Positions 30,054-39,043 of a stretch of DNA of 64,000 bases are shown here, one piece after another (positions within the stretch are counted from its first letter, which is position 1; every line of letters starts with the position of its first letter). The notes below the pieces were generated by a model. It worked only from the letters and a program-made list of their open reading frames with translations, made no database searches and was not told the origin of the DNA. The stretch comes from Oligoflexia bacterium (GTDB lineage Bacteria; Bdellovibrionota; UBA1018). Location of the stretch: NCBI GenBank assembly GCA_903898645.1, contig CAIUGE010000116.1, positions 2,965 through 66,964 of the forward strand. Reading direction: 5' to 3'. Both the position numbers and the translations under genes were made by a program.

Positions 30054-30470
30054 TTACTCTTTCACAAAATCTTTAACGAAGATAATACCCCGATGACCTG
30101 TGATGGGGCAAAAAAATGGATACTCGCCTGGTGTATGGGGCACAAAACTGACCTCTTCAATACTGGTACGCACCTGACGACGAATTTTGAAATCTTCAGC
30201 TATAAAACAAAGTGGTTTTTTTGATGAGGAAGACAAATACAACTTGACAGGCACCTTGGGCACAACAAAAATGGCTTTAGGAAAATAACCTTGGTCACTC
30301 ATCGCAATGGCATACTCTTGAAATGGCCCCTCGAGGTTTTTCATACTCTTATAGGATGCAGGTGCTCGTGTCGGCTGCAGATCTTCATCCACAGCATGGA
30401 AGGACGCTTCAGGGAAAACCTCACCTTGGAAACCATAGGCACATGCAAGCAGGAGAATCAGATTCTTCAC
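30054..30470 (-). CDS. small secreted cupredoxin-like protein
   Basis: Signal peptide, beta-rich, C-terminal CPITGHRGIIFV resembling a cupredoxin Cu-site region. It is 5 nt upstream of the CpaF-like gene on the same strand. Confidence 0.35.
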   Translation of the reverse strand: MKNLILLLACAYGFQGEVFPEASFHAVDEDLQPTRAPASYKSMKNLEGPFQEYAIAMSDQGYFPKAIFVVPKVPVKLYLSSSSKKPLCFIAEDFKIRRQVRTSIEEVSFVPHTPGEYPFFCPITGHRGIIFVKDFVKE

Positions 30471-30566
30471 GTCTTAAGTGTCGGTCAAAAAGCGTAAAAA
30501 CTGGACTTGGCACAGCACTTGCTTTGTATGCAGTGCGTCGGTTGGTGACAAAAGTGGAGCTATTAT

Positions 30567-30854
30567 ATGAACGTTGTATCACTCAGTGTTGTTCGGGCTA
30601 TCAAACAGGCAAAAAATCTGGATTATACACAAAAAATCCACTCAATGTCCAAAGTCGAGCTTTTAGAAGAAATGGTCCGCTTCCAGCAAAAGAGAACTAC
30701 CCAGGGGGCCTATGACCAGCACATGATGCTAGAGGGGAAGATTCTCTTTCAGGCACTGGAAAAAGTGGCTGAAACAGAAGAACTCCGCACACTCAGCAAA
30801 CGCTACCAAAAGCACCTCACGCTCGAATTAGAGCAACTGAGTCGCAAGCTCTGA
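30567..30854 (+). CDS. hypothetical small helical protein (95 aa)
   Basis: The ORF is convergent with phoH2 and its 3' end overlaps it. No motifs were recognised. Confidence 0.3.
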   Translation: MNVVSLSVVRAIKQAKNLDYTQKIHSMSKVELLEEMVRFQQKRTTQGAYDQHMMLEGKILFQALEKVAETEELRTLSKRYQKHLTLELEQLSRKL

Positions 30855-32129
30855 GAGCCTTGATCGCTCACCTTTACTGAGGGTAACATGTGCAGCTATA
30901 GGCTCGTCTTGAAAACGATCCACAAGGTACACAAGTCCATTATTGGCTGAATCGACATAAGGATTGTCAATCTGCTGACTATCGCCAGTGAGCACAATTT
31001 TTGTACCTTCACCTGCTCGCGTGACGATTGTTTTAATCTCATGGGGGGTGAGATTTTGCGCCTCATCCACAATCATATACTGCTGCGGTATAGAGCGACC
31101 TCGTATATAGGTTAATGGCTCAATCTGCAAAAGACCCTGACCCATCAATTCCTGACACCCTTTTCCTGCGCCACGGTTTGCTGATTTTTCGCTTGTTGTG
31201 CCAAAAAGGAAATCAATATTATCAAATATAGGCTGCATCCATGGATTCAGTTTTTCTTCTATATCGCCAGGCAGAAAACCAATATCCTTACCTAACGGAA
31301 AAACGGGTCGCGAAACCAACATCCGGTGATACAGGCCCTCATCGACGGTTTTTACCAAACCTGCTGCAATTGCCAATAATGTCTTCCCAGTACCCGCTTT
31401 CCCCACAAGACTTACCAGCTGAACACGATCATCTAAAAGCGCGTCAATTGCAAAAGCCTGCTCGGAATTTTTTGGAAAGATACCCCAAAGACCCTTTGTT
31501 GGCCGCAAAAGTGGTACAAGCGCCTTGTCTGCAAAAGAATACTTTGCCATCACGCTTTGATCTTTTGCAATCAGTGTCACATACTGATTTGGCTTCAGCT
31601 GCATATCTAAACGTTTCGTGCAGCGGAATTCCTCAATAGCCTCAAGTGGCACCTCAATTTCAAGTGAACCTGCGTAGAGATCCTCTGGCTCAACAGACTC
31701 TGGCTCATAGTCATCAGCCACAATACCTAAAGCGTCTGCTTTAATACGCAGATTAATATCCTTGGTTACAAGGACGACGGGACGCTCTTGATTCTCTTGT
31801 TTCACAGAAATAGCAAGCGCCAGAATGCGGTTATCTGCTTTCTCCATTGCAAGCTCAACAGGAAGTTTCTGATCCCCCCCAAGCATCACAGTCAGCATAC
31901 CTTGCTGAGGAAGCGCTACACCCTGCGACAAAGGACCAAGAGAACGCATGGCGTCAATAAGTCGAGAAAATGTTCTGGCATGACGCCCATTCTCACTTTG
32001 CTCGCGCTTAAAGCGATCAATCTCTTCAACGACGACAATAGGAATGATAATGTCATTTTCACCAAACTTAAACAGAGCCTGGGGATCAAACAAAAGGACG
32101 TTAGTATCAAGTATGAACGCTTTGCGCAT
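30828..32129 (-). CDS. PhoH2/YlaK-type protein: N-terminal PIN domain fused to a PhoH-like ATPase
   Basis: The PIN acidic residues (FILDTNVLL ... VVVEEID) are followed by Walker A LVGKAGTGKTLLA and PhoH motifs. Confidence 0.8.
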   Translation of the reverse strand: MRKAFILDTNVLLFDPQALFKFGENDIIIPIVVVEEIDRFKREQSENGRHARTFSRLIDAMRSLGPLSQGVALPQQGMLTVMLGGDQKLPVELAMEKADNRILALAISVKQENQERPVVLVTKDINLRIKADALGIVADDYEPESVEPEDLYAGSLEIEVPLEAIEEFRCTKRLDMQLKPNQYVTLIAKDQSVMAKYSFADKALVPLLRPTKGLWGIFPKNSEQAFAIDALLDDRVQLVSLVGKAGTGKTLLAIAAGLVKTVDEGLYHRMLVSRPVFPLGKDIGFLPGDIEEKLNPWMQPIFDNIDFLFGTTSEKSANRGAGKGCQELMGQGLLQIEPLTYIRGRSIPQQYMIVDEAQNLTPHEIKTIVTRAGEGTKIVLTGDSQQIDNPYVDSANNGLVYLVDRFQDEPIAAHVTLSKGERSRLSELATQLL

Positions 32130-32190
32130 GCCTCACCTCACGTCCACCATCCCGCAACTAGATACAAAAAAGAAAGAACTTTTTTATTTT

Positions 32191-33231
32191 TTAGAGTGAG
32201 AGCTTGACATCAACACGAACCATGCCACGAGTTTCAGCATTTTGATGCATAGCTGCACCTATCTCCTGAGTATAGACCGCACCTGAAAATTTGACCATAC
32301 CTAGATCAAAAGCAGCGCCATAACTTGGGTACGCCTGATTGAGACCAGCATAGAGACGAAGAAGTGGGAATTTGACCTCAACCCCAAGGTGACTCTTCTG
32401 CATGAAATCATAACTTTCATCAAGCTGCTGAATTTCATAGCTCAGAGTCGCTAACATATCAGGACCTCGATACCGAAGCGCGCCGCCTGCCACAAGATTG
32501 TTTTTTTGTGGACTGCTCGTTCCTGAAAAAGCTGTGTCACCTATATCAAACGCAACAAAGCTCGCCAGGAGCTGCACGTCCCGCCCAAGCCTATACAAAA
32601 TCTGCATCCCTGCATCAGCACCATACCCGACACCCCAAGTACTCAAATTCGCTACAAGTGATTTGACATCAAAAGCAATCATCTGCGTGAATGTCGGGTG
32701 CTGGTACCCACCTAGACGGTACAAGTTTTTCCCCGCTACACCAAAACGCACCTCGCCTTTTTTATGACGAAACTTATAGAGTGTCATACCGCCACCTGCC
32801 TGCACACCATACGTCAATTGTGATCCAATTTCAGCTTGCGGCAGAGCCCTATTCTTTATTCTCACTGCAATCTGCTGATCATAGATCGCCGCAATTCCAA
32901 ATCCAGGCAAAACAAGCATCGAAGAGAGAGTTGCTCGTTCATAAATATTTTTACCAATCAATGAGGAGATAGAGCCTACTGATGGCGCCATAAATGCTTT
33001 TCCTAAAGCCGCATAATCTGTTACTATCTGTGTCGATATTTGTGCATCAATATTTGCAATATTTAATTGCATATTTTTAATACCAGCAAGCGCTGCAGGA
33101 TTATACATAATAGCTGTCTCATCATCAACGATTGCAGTCATAGCCGACCCCATACCCTGAGCTCTTGTGCTCTGGTAGAGAGGATGAAAATCCACAGCAT
33201 AACTGATACTCATAAAAAGAAACGCTATCAA
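32191..33231 (-). CDS. outer-membrane beta-barrel protein (family uncertain; PorP/SprF- or FadL-like N-terminus)
   Basis: It has alternating amphipathic beta-strand periodicity throughout. The N-terminal region AQGMGSAMTAIVDDETAIMYNPAALAG is notable. Confidence 0.4.
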   Translation of the reverse strand: MIAFLFMSISYAVDFHPLYQSTRAQGMGSAMTAIVDDETAIMYNPAALAGIKNMQLNIANIDAQISTQIVTDYAALGKAFMAPSVGSISSLIGKNIYERATLSSMLVLPGFGIAAIYDQQIAVRIKNRALPQAEIGSQLTYGVQAGGGMTLYKFRHKKGEVRFGVAGKNLYRLGGYQHPTFTQMIAFDVKSLVANLSTWGVGYGADAGMQILYRLGRDVQLLASFVAFDIGDTAFSGTSSPQKNNLVAGGALRYRGPDMLATLSYEIQQLDESYDFMQKSHLGVEVKFPLLRLYAGLNQAYPSYGAAFDLGMVKFSGAVYTQEIGAAMHQNAETRGMVRVDVKLSL

Positions 33232-34172
33232 TCTTTAGTCCATTCAGTATTAATAAAATAAGCTATTCCTGCTGCAGCACAGGTATTTATATCATTGATA
33301 GAATTTTGACAGCTTGATCGATCACGTAATGTCATAGGACACACCATACCAACAGGACATGTCACAACCCCCCCTTGCAGTGCACACTCTGTACACCCAA
33401 GAAAACATGCTAGATCCAGTCCTTGAAGCAAAAAATTGCCCATTTTCGAATAAAGCCCACTGACAGTTGAAATCGCATGCGCCTCAATGGACCCAACAGC
33501 ATCAACAAAATGAAGCATACCCGAAGCAAGAGCACACCCATCAGCTACGCTTGCTACAGGCCACGGCGGAGTCGAATAGGGCGTGACACTTGCTCGATCA
33601 AAAATCCAAGGCAGATCAACCGTTCTATGATGAGCCGCATTCACGCTCCCATACCGACTAAGAATCGACCCCATAAGACCCATACTAAGAAATGTTAAGT
33701 AGGAATTTGCATCACTCGTGCGATCCGATACGAGAAGTGAACCAGGATTATGCCCTGTGCTATTGACCGTATAGGCAGGCAAAAAAAACGTCCCCCCATT
33801 TACAATAGCAAGTGCTGCATCGATACCCTGCTCAGCAGCATGCGGCATTTTATCATCAACTGGCGTTGCAATAGACGGGAACTCTTGAACAAGGAATTCA
33901 AAAAAACCAGATCCTGCTAAATTACCCTTAAAACCTACCAAGTTCCCCAAAAGAGCCATCAAATCAATACCTACAAGACACCCATAGGTTGACGCCATAG
34001 CAAGACGAACTGCATTATTAGTCGCTGCAGATGAATAAATAGAATATATAGACTCGTATGCCGACGTACACGCAGACTGCGACAAAAGATTATTCACTGC
34101 GTCAACGCTCACGTCAGACGAAGAAGAACCTGCACATCCAGCAACTAAGAGAAAAAGGAATTTTACCACCAC
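33228..34172 (-). CDS. lipoprotein with a Cys-rich C-terminal region
   Basis: Lipobox LVAGCAG. The C-terminus has about 12 Cys residues (CFLGCTECALQGGVVTCPVGMVCP). Confidence 0.45.
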   Translation of the reverse strand: MVVKFLFLLVAGCAGSSSSDVSVDAVNNLLSQSACTSAYESIYSIYSSAATNNAVRLAMASTYGCLVGIDLMALLGNLVGFKGNLAGSGFFEFLVQEFPSIATPVDDKMPHAAEQGIDAALAIVNGGTFFLPAYTVNSTGHNPGSLLVSDRTSDANSYLTFLSMGLMGSILSRYGSVNAAHHRTVDLPWIFDRASVTPYSTPPWPVASVADGCALASGMLHFVDAVGSIEAHAISTVSGLYSKMGNFLLQGLDLACFLGCTECALQGGVVTCPVGMVCPMTLRDRSSCQNSINDINTCAAAGIAYFINTEWTKD

Positions 34173-34201
34173 TTACATGATGAAGGAATGTAACCAATAT
34201 G

Positions 34202-34705
34202 TCACGAAGAGGTTTTTCTGAAAGTGTCATGAAGTCGACGCACAACGGCACTTGGCACATAGGGCGAGACATCTCCGCCATAATAAAAAAGCTCTTTAAT
34301 CATAGATGAGCTTACAAAATAGAGATTTTGCGATGTCATCATAAAAAGCGTTTCCGCCTCAGGATAGATGTTCTTATTCATACTTGCCATCATAAATTCA
34401 TATTCAAAATCGCTCGCTGCCCTGAGCCCCCGCACGACACTCGTCGCTTTCACGAGCCGCGCATATTCCATAATAAGTCCACTCCAGCTCACAACCTGAA
34501 CCCCAGTTCGGCCATCAATAACCTCACGAATAAGATCAACACGCACATCAACGTCAAAAAGAGGCTTTTTTCGCTCAGAGCCTGCAACAACAATGGTGAC
34601 CGAAGAAAAAACATGCAGCGCGCGATCAAGGATATCAAGATGCCCGTTAGTAATAGGGTCAAAGGAACCAGGATAAAGCGCAATGCGCTGATTATGATCG
34701 TTCAT
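34202..34705 (-). CDS. coaD: phosphopantetheine adenylyltransferase
   Basis: IALYPGSFDPITNGHLDI (T/HxGH) and the ISSSMIKE motif are present. The protein is 167 aa. Confidence 0.9.
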   Translation of the reverse strand: MNDHNQRIALYPGSFDPITNGHLDILDRALHVFSSVTIVVAGSERKKPLFDVDVRVDLIREVIDGRTGVQVVSWSGLIMEYARLVKATSVVRGLRAASDFEYEFMMASMNKNIYPEAETLFMMTSQNLYFVSSSMIKELFYYGGDVSPYVPSAVVRRLHDTFRKTSS

Positions 34706-35225
34706 ATAGTGTCACCCGTGTATCCCCATAAAGTTTGTCCTTTTTTAAGACCCAAGGTACAGCACCTAGAGACATGTCTTTTTTTTCTCTCTCAAAACAA
34801 AGATAAGCCTGCTGAGATGCAGCGACTGCAAATGGCTCCAAAAGCCTCGCATGCCAGTCCTGACCATAAGGAGGGTCAGCAATAATGATATCGCGATCCG
34901 TAACATTTTTAAGCGCCCCAGGAAGAGCGCCACACAAGACATGGCACTGCGACTCTATACCAAGCAATTTGATAGATTGATGCAATAGGTCACACACCTT
35001 GGACGACTGCTCAATAAAAAGACATGAATCGGCGCCCCGCGATATAAGCTCAATACCAAGTGCACCAGACCCAGCAAAAGCGTCAAGGATCTTTGCTCCC
35101 TCCAGATAGGGCTGAAGCATATTCCCAATTGCCGCACGTGTACGTGATTGCGTCGGACGTGTCACGAGACCAGTGGGAACATGAATGAGCCTGTTTCTTA
35201 AAAAACCAGAATTAATGCGAAGCAT
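34692..35225 (-). CDS. rsmD: 16S rRNA (guanine966-N2)-methyltransferase RsmD
   Basis: The SAM motif DAFAGSGALGIE and the DPPY motif (IIADPPYGQD) are present. The gene overlaps coaD by 14 nt. Confidence 0.8.
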   Translation of the reverse strand: MLRINSGFLRNRLIHVPTGLVTRPTQSRTRAAIGNMLQPYLEGAKILDAFAGSGALGIELISRGADSCLFIEQSSKVCDLLHQSIKLLGIESQCHVLCGALPGALKNVTDRDIIIADPPYGQDWHARLLEPFAVAASQQAYLCFEREKKDMSLGAVPWVLKKDKLYGDTRVTLYERS

Positions 35226-35251
35226 GGGACCTCATTCTAGCTGAATTATCG

Positions 35252-35701
35252 TCAAGATGCTTGTTTTGTTGGAACTTTTAAGACAATCCCGTCCTGGAAG
35301 ACGATATCAATATAATCCTGACCAAAACTAATCTGCATGCTGCGCTCGGTTTCAGGATGCGCAAGCACAACCTGCATAGACCCCTTGACAGTCATACTGA
35401 TCTCAGGCACCTCGTCATCATGCAGCATTCCACTGGCACTTGCTGCTTCCGGCACCAATCGTACACTTTCCTCAAGATGAGCATCATCCGCTGTACCACC
35501 AAAATCTTCCATACCATTTTGTGATGACATGGCGACGTGCGTTACTGCCCCTAACATGGTAGCAGCACGCTCTGGCGATAAAGCGACAACCTCCTCCTCA
35601 ATAACCTCTTCATCCACATATTCAGTAGGCTCAGCCTCCTGTTCCATATGCATCATTTCATCGAGGACAGACTCTGTGGTTTCTTTAATGATATTTTCCA
35701 C
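35252..35701 (-). CDS. hypothetical acidic protein (149 aa)
   Basis: The N-terminal half is highly acidic. No motifs were recognised. Confidence 0.35.
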   Translation of the reverse strand: MENIIKETTESVLDEMMHMEQEAEPTEYVDEEVIEEEVVALSPERAATMLGAVTHVAMSSQNGMEDFGGTADDAHLEESVRLVPEAASASGMLHDDEVPEISMTVKGSMQVVLAHPETERSMQISFGQDYIDIVFQDGIVLKVPTKQAS

Positions 35702-35823
35702 TCCACCTCATTGATCGGCGTATGGTGCAAAAAAAATAAGGGCAGCCAAATCTTGTTGCAAAATAGGAGCACTCACATGAATATGCCTTATCGCTGATTC
35801 AAGCGGTCGATAAGGATACTTCC

Positions 35824-38163
35824 GTGCTCTCAGTTAACCAAAAAAGCATGCTCACCACCCCCCTTTATGCTGACACCTTCCAGGAGAAGGCTCTTGTGCG
35901 CATTATGCAGGCCATCACCCTTGAACTCCTTCATGCGCCAGCAAAACTCATGGCACTCAACCCCAGTCGCCGGACGCTTATTGCAGCGCACCTTGATGCA
36001 CTCGCAGGCAACCGCGAGCCACGCTCCCTTATTGACTGGCTTGATCAACCTCGATCCCATGTCCAGCAACTTGCCCTAGAAACCTACTGCCGAGAAACTG
36101 CTTCTATTGCAGCAGGTCAAATTTATTTACTAAAAAATTGGAAGCGTCCGCTCAAGGTATCAGTCAATCTGAATTGGGCCATTAGCAGCACCCTCAAACC
36201 TCTCATGCCCCTTGACCGCGAGGGATGGCAATTAACACGCCCAAACCTCTATTCTTGGTACAGCCCATCCCCGAGCTTGCAGCAAGAAATTATTGACATA
36301 ATGAGTCATGAGCCGCCTCTGCCATTTCAAGCTTTTTTAGATCATATGCAGGATCATAGTACGTATGACGCACATTTTCTGCAGGCTGCTGTCAAAAAAC
36401 TTACAGAAGTCTCACTCACCCCATCGTTTCAAAGACAACGCATGGTTTTTTGCCCGACACTGAGAAGCGGTGTCCTCGCACATCTCCTCGCGCAGCAATC
36501 GTACACACCTATAGGCCTCGAAATATCGGCACTTCACCTCATGCTCGCAGAACTAGGCTGGCTCTGGGATGCACCTAAAGCGCCCCCCCTCTGGTGTACA
36601 GGCACAGGCCTTGAGGTCTACGGTCGTGACCAGCTCGCTTTTGAATTGACATACCAAAAGCCAACAGTCCTGAGCAAAATTACTGATATCGAAAGTTTCG
36701 ATGCAGCCATTGTCTGCGAAGAGCAAAGCGTCCGAAACAAGAGCACTTTTCAAACAGAGAAACTCGACGCATTTCGAAAAATACGCTCTTCTAGCACAAC
36801 GCTTGGAATGATGCAGGCCGCCATATCTCTAAGCAAGCTCCGCCCAGGCGGGATGCTTTTCTGGGCACGCCACGAGCCACTCTCTTCCCGCGATGATGGA
36901 ATGTTAGGTTTCTTACTGCAACGAGCACGCCTATTACACGAATGGAATATGACTGCTGTCGAATCAAATCTCTCTATCCCTAAGGCATGCTACCTTTTCG
37001 AGCGGGACAAAACGCTCGATGTACGCCTTAATCATCGCCCCATGCGGCATCAGATCACAGGTCAAGCAACACAAAAGAACCTTACAGCACTCTTTAGTGA
37101 CCAAAGTACCTTTGGACTCCATACACAGCAGAGCCCGAGTATCCAAAAAGACTGGATGGAAAAATGGCCTGAATCTATCCCACACACTGTCTTTCGCTAC
37201 CTTGACGCACTTCAAGCATCATCAAAGCCGCTCGCATCTTTTGCAACAGTACGACCAACACCTGAGAGCAGTTCTCTAGCAGATGATACATGGTCACTAC
37301 CTATCTCCTACCAAGGATTTTGGATACGGGTCGATGCCCTCAGCAATAGTATTTTGCCATCACATCTACCAGCGCCTGAACAAAAAACAAAAGGCCGAGG
37401 CTATCTTGTTATCCTCACTGCCTGGCATGCTCTTGCCGCCTACTTACGATCACGCGTCATCCAACAATGGCTTGATGTGCATGCAGAACGCAAATCGGGT
37501 CGCTGGATCCTCAGTGATCAAGTTATGAAGTGGATACCAGTACCAGACGCACTCCTCCTTGCCCTCAAAGGAGAAACACTCCAAGAAAGCGCCTGGCAAG
37601 AACACATTGAGAATATGACGCATACACCTGAGGCAACATTGAGCGCCGTCAAGACCTTAGATAGCCGCAACCCGCTCCATTGCCAGTATGGTGCTCATAT
37701 TTTCATCAAGGCAGCGGAACTTAAAGCCCACCATGCCCTATTCCAACCTGAACACAGCTGGACACATGTTATGCAATCTTTTCATGATTGTATCCCACTG
37801 AGCCTCCATCCCCAGATCCACCTCACCGGCACTTTGCCTCCCCATGTGCCCGTTGAAAAGATTGTTATGGCAGATGAGCCACTCCCAGGCATTGTTCTGA
37901 CAACGGATTCTGGCTATAAACTGCACCTCCATAGCAGAGATAAAGATATACTCCACATCATCCAGGAGCAGCTCAAAACGCTCAGCCATCCAACATGGAA
38001 TGAAATTTTAGGCCATATACGGGTCCCGAAAATAAGCCAAGAAGCCATGACTCTCAAACGTAATTTAGAAAAAAGCGCCCTCCTGCATAGTACCCAGGAC
38101 CATGTTTTTGACATGATCTTAGATGCATGCCCACTTTTTCCTCATGATTCATCCCTGATCTAA
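35824..38163 (+). CDS. large hypothetical protein (about 770 aa; an ATG start is likely at 35851)
   Basis: It is a long uninterrupted ORF with balanced codon usage and no recognisable catalytic motifs. Confidence 0.5.
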   Translation: MLSVNQKSMLTTPLYADTFQEKALVRIMQAITLELLHAPAKLMALNPSRRTLIAAHLDALAGNREPRSLIDWLDQPRSHVQQLALETYCRETASIAAGQIYLLKNWKRPLKVSVNLNWAISSTLKPLMPLDREGWQLTRPNLYSWYSPSPSLQQEIIDIMSHEPPLPFQAFLDHMQDHSTYDAHFLQAAVKKLTEVSLTPSFQRQRMVFCPTLRSGVLAHLLAQQSYTPIGLEISALHLMLAELGWLWDAPKAPPLWCTGTGLEVYGRDQLAFELTYQKPTVLSKITDIESFDAAIVCEEQSVRNKSTFQTEKLDAFRKIRSSSTTLGMMQAAISLSKLRPGGMLFWARHEPLSSRDDGMLGFLLQRARLLHEWNMTAVESNLSIPKACYLFERDKTLDVRLNHRPMRHQITGQATQKNLTALFSDQSTFGLHTQQSPSIQKDWMEKWPESIPHTVFRYLDALQASSKPLASFATVRPTPESSSLADDTWSLPISYQGFWIRVDALSNSILPSHLPAPEQKTKGRGYLVILTAWHALAAYLRSRVIQQWLDVHAERKSGRWILSDQVMKWIPVPDALLLALKGETLQESAWQEHIENMTHTPEATLSAVKTLDSRNPLHCQYGAHIFIKAAELKAHHALFQPEHSWTHVMQSFHDCIPLSLHPQIHLTGTLPPHVPVEKIVMADEPLPGIVLTTDSGYKLHLHSRDKDILHIIQEQLKTLSHPTWNEILGHIRVPKISQEAMTLKRNLEKSALLHSTQDHVFDMILDACPLFPHDSSLI

Positions 38164-38230
38164 TGTGGCATACGCCTTGCATGACACATCGCATAGAAGC
38201 GCAAGCTTCTTGCTTCAGACATCTGACTGT

Positions 38231-38263
38231 CCTTGAGACCTCGGCCCCCCCGGGCGTCTCAAG
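38231..38263 (+). terminator. GC-rich hairpin downstream of the 779-aa ORF; a possible terminator without a U-tract
   Basis: CCTTGAGAC ... GTCTCAAGG is a 9-bp inverted repeat enclosing CTCGGCCCCCCCGGGC. Confidence 0.3.
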
Positions 38264-38362
38264 GATTGAAGCTTACTAATGTACTAGAATGGTACGTCCG
38301 CAGTCCGTTTGTTCCTTGTTGACTAGTGCATCTAAAGAGCGCAATGAGGCTATAAAATCCCC

Positions 38363-38394
38363 CTAGGGCCCTAGTATCAGATCTAGGGCCCTAA
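38363..38394 (+). promoter_or_regulatory. two copies of the 12-bp palindrome CTAGGGCCCTAG/A, 8 bp apart, just downstream of a TATAAA box; candidate operator
   Basis: The two sites lie at 38363-38374 and 38383-38394. TATAAA is at 38352-38357. The sites sit less than 40 bp upstream of the 38400/38436 ORF start. Confidence 0.4.
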
Positions 38395-38399
38395 ATTCT

Positions 38400-39005
38400 T
38401 TGAAAAAATTCGTACTCTCACATAGACTGCTCCCTATGGTATGGCATCCATCCAGCTGGGCATTAGCTGATCCATCTCCCGATTGCACAGCATGGTTTGA
38501 TAACCTCAAAAACCTCTATATACTTTTTCGCACTGCTGACCCTAAGATTCAAGACACACTCTTTGACGAGGCATTCCATGCACCGCTTGAAAATATCGTT
38601 GGATACGAAAAAATAGACACCTTCCTCCGCGAACTCGACCAGGCACTTTGGCTAAAAGCATCAACTCTCACCATTAAAAATGGTGCACTCAATCAAGTGA
38701 AGCGACTTGGCGAACAAACCAAAACCTCTAGTACCCAAGATGCAGGCGACATGCTCCAAACAGCTCTATTCTTTGGCCCGCCTTTTCATATGAAACTCAT
38801 ACCTAGACAAGCCCATAACTTTCGTTTTCTTGGATGCCCCCATGTAAATTCTATCGCGCACGGAAATCATGCGCTCTGCGACCTGATCATTACATGGTGC
38901 ACAGGATTACTCCAAGCCTCGCTCCCAGTAAAAGATCTCCTCTGCACACCATCACCCTATGGCTGTGACATAGAAATACGCTACGTGTCAAATCCCTCTA
39001 TATAA
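38400..39005 (+). CDS. hypothetical protein (about 190-200 aa; TTG/ATG start uncertain)
   Basis: ORF with no recognised motifs. Confidence 0.4.
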   Translation: MKKFVLSHRLLPMVWHPSSWALADPSPDCTAWFDNLKNLYILFRTADPKIQDTLFDEAFHAPLENIVGYEKIDTFLRELDQALWLKASTLTIKNGALNQVKRLGEQTKTSSTQDAGDMLQTALFFGPPFHMKLIPRQAHNFRFLGCPHVNSIAHGNHALCDLIITWCTGLLQASLPVKDLLCTPSPYGCDIEIRYVSNPSI

Positions 39006-39043
39006 TTCCTAACGTAAAGATAAATAAATGCTACGATGGACTT

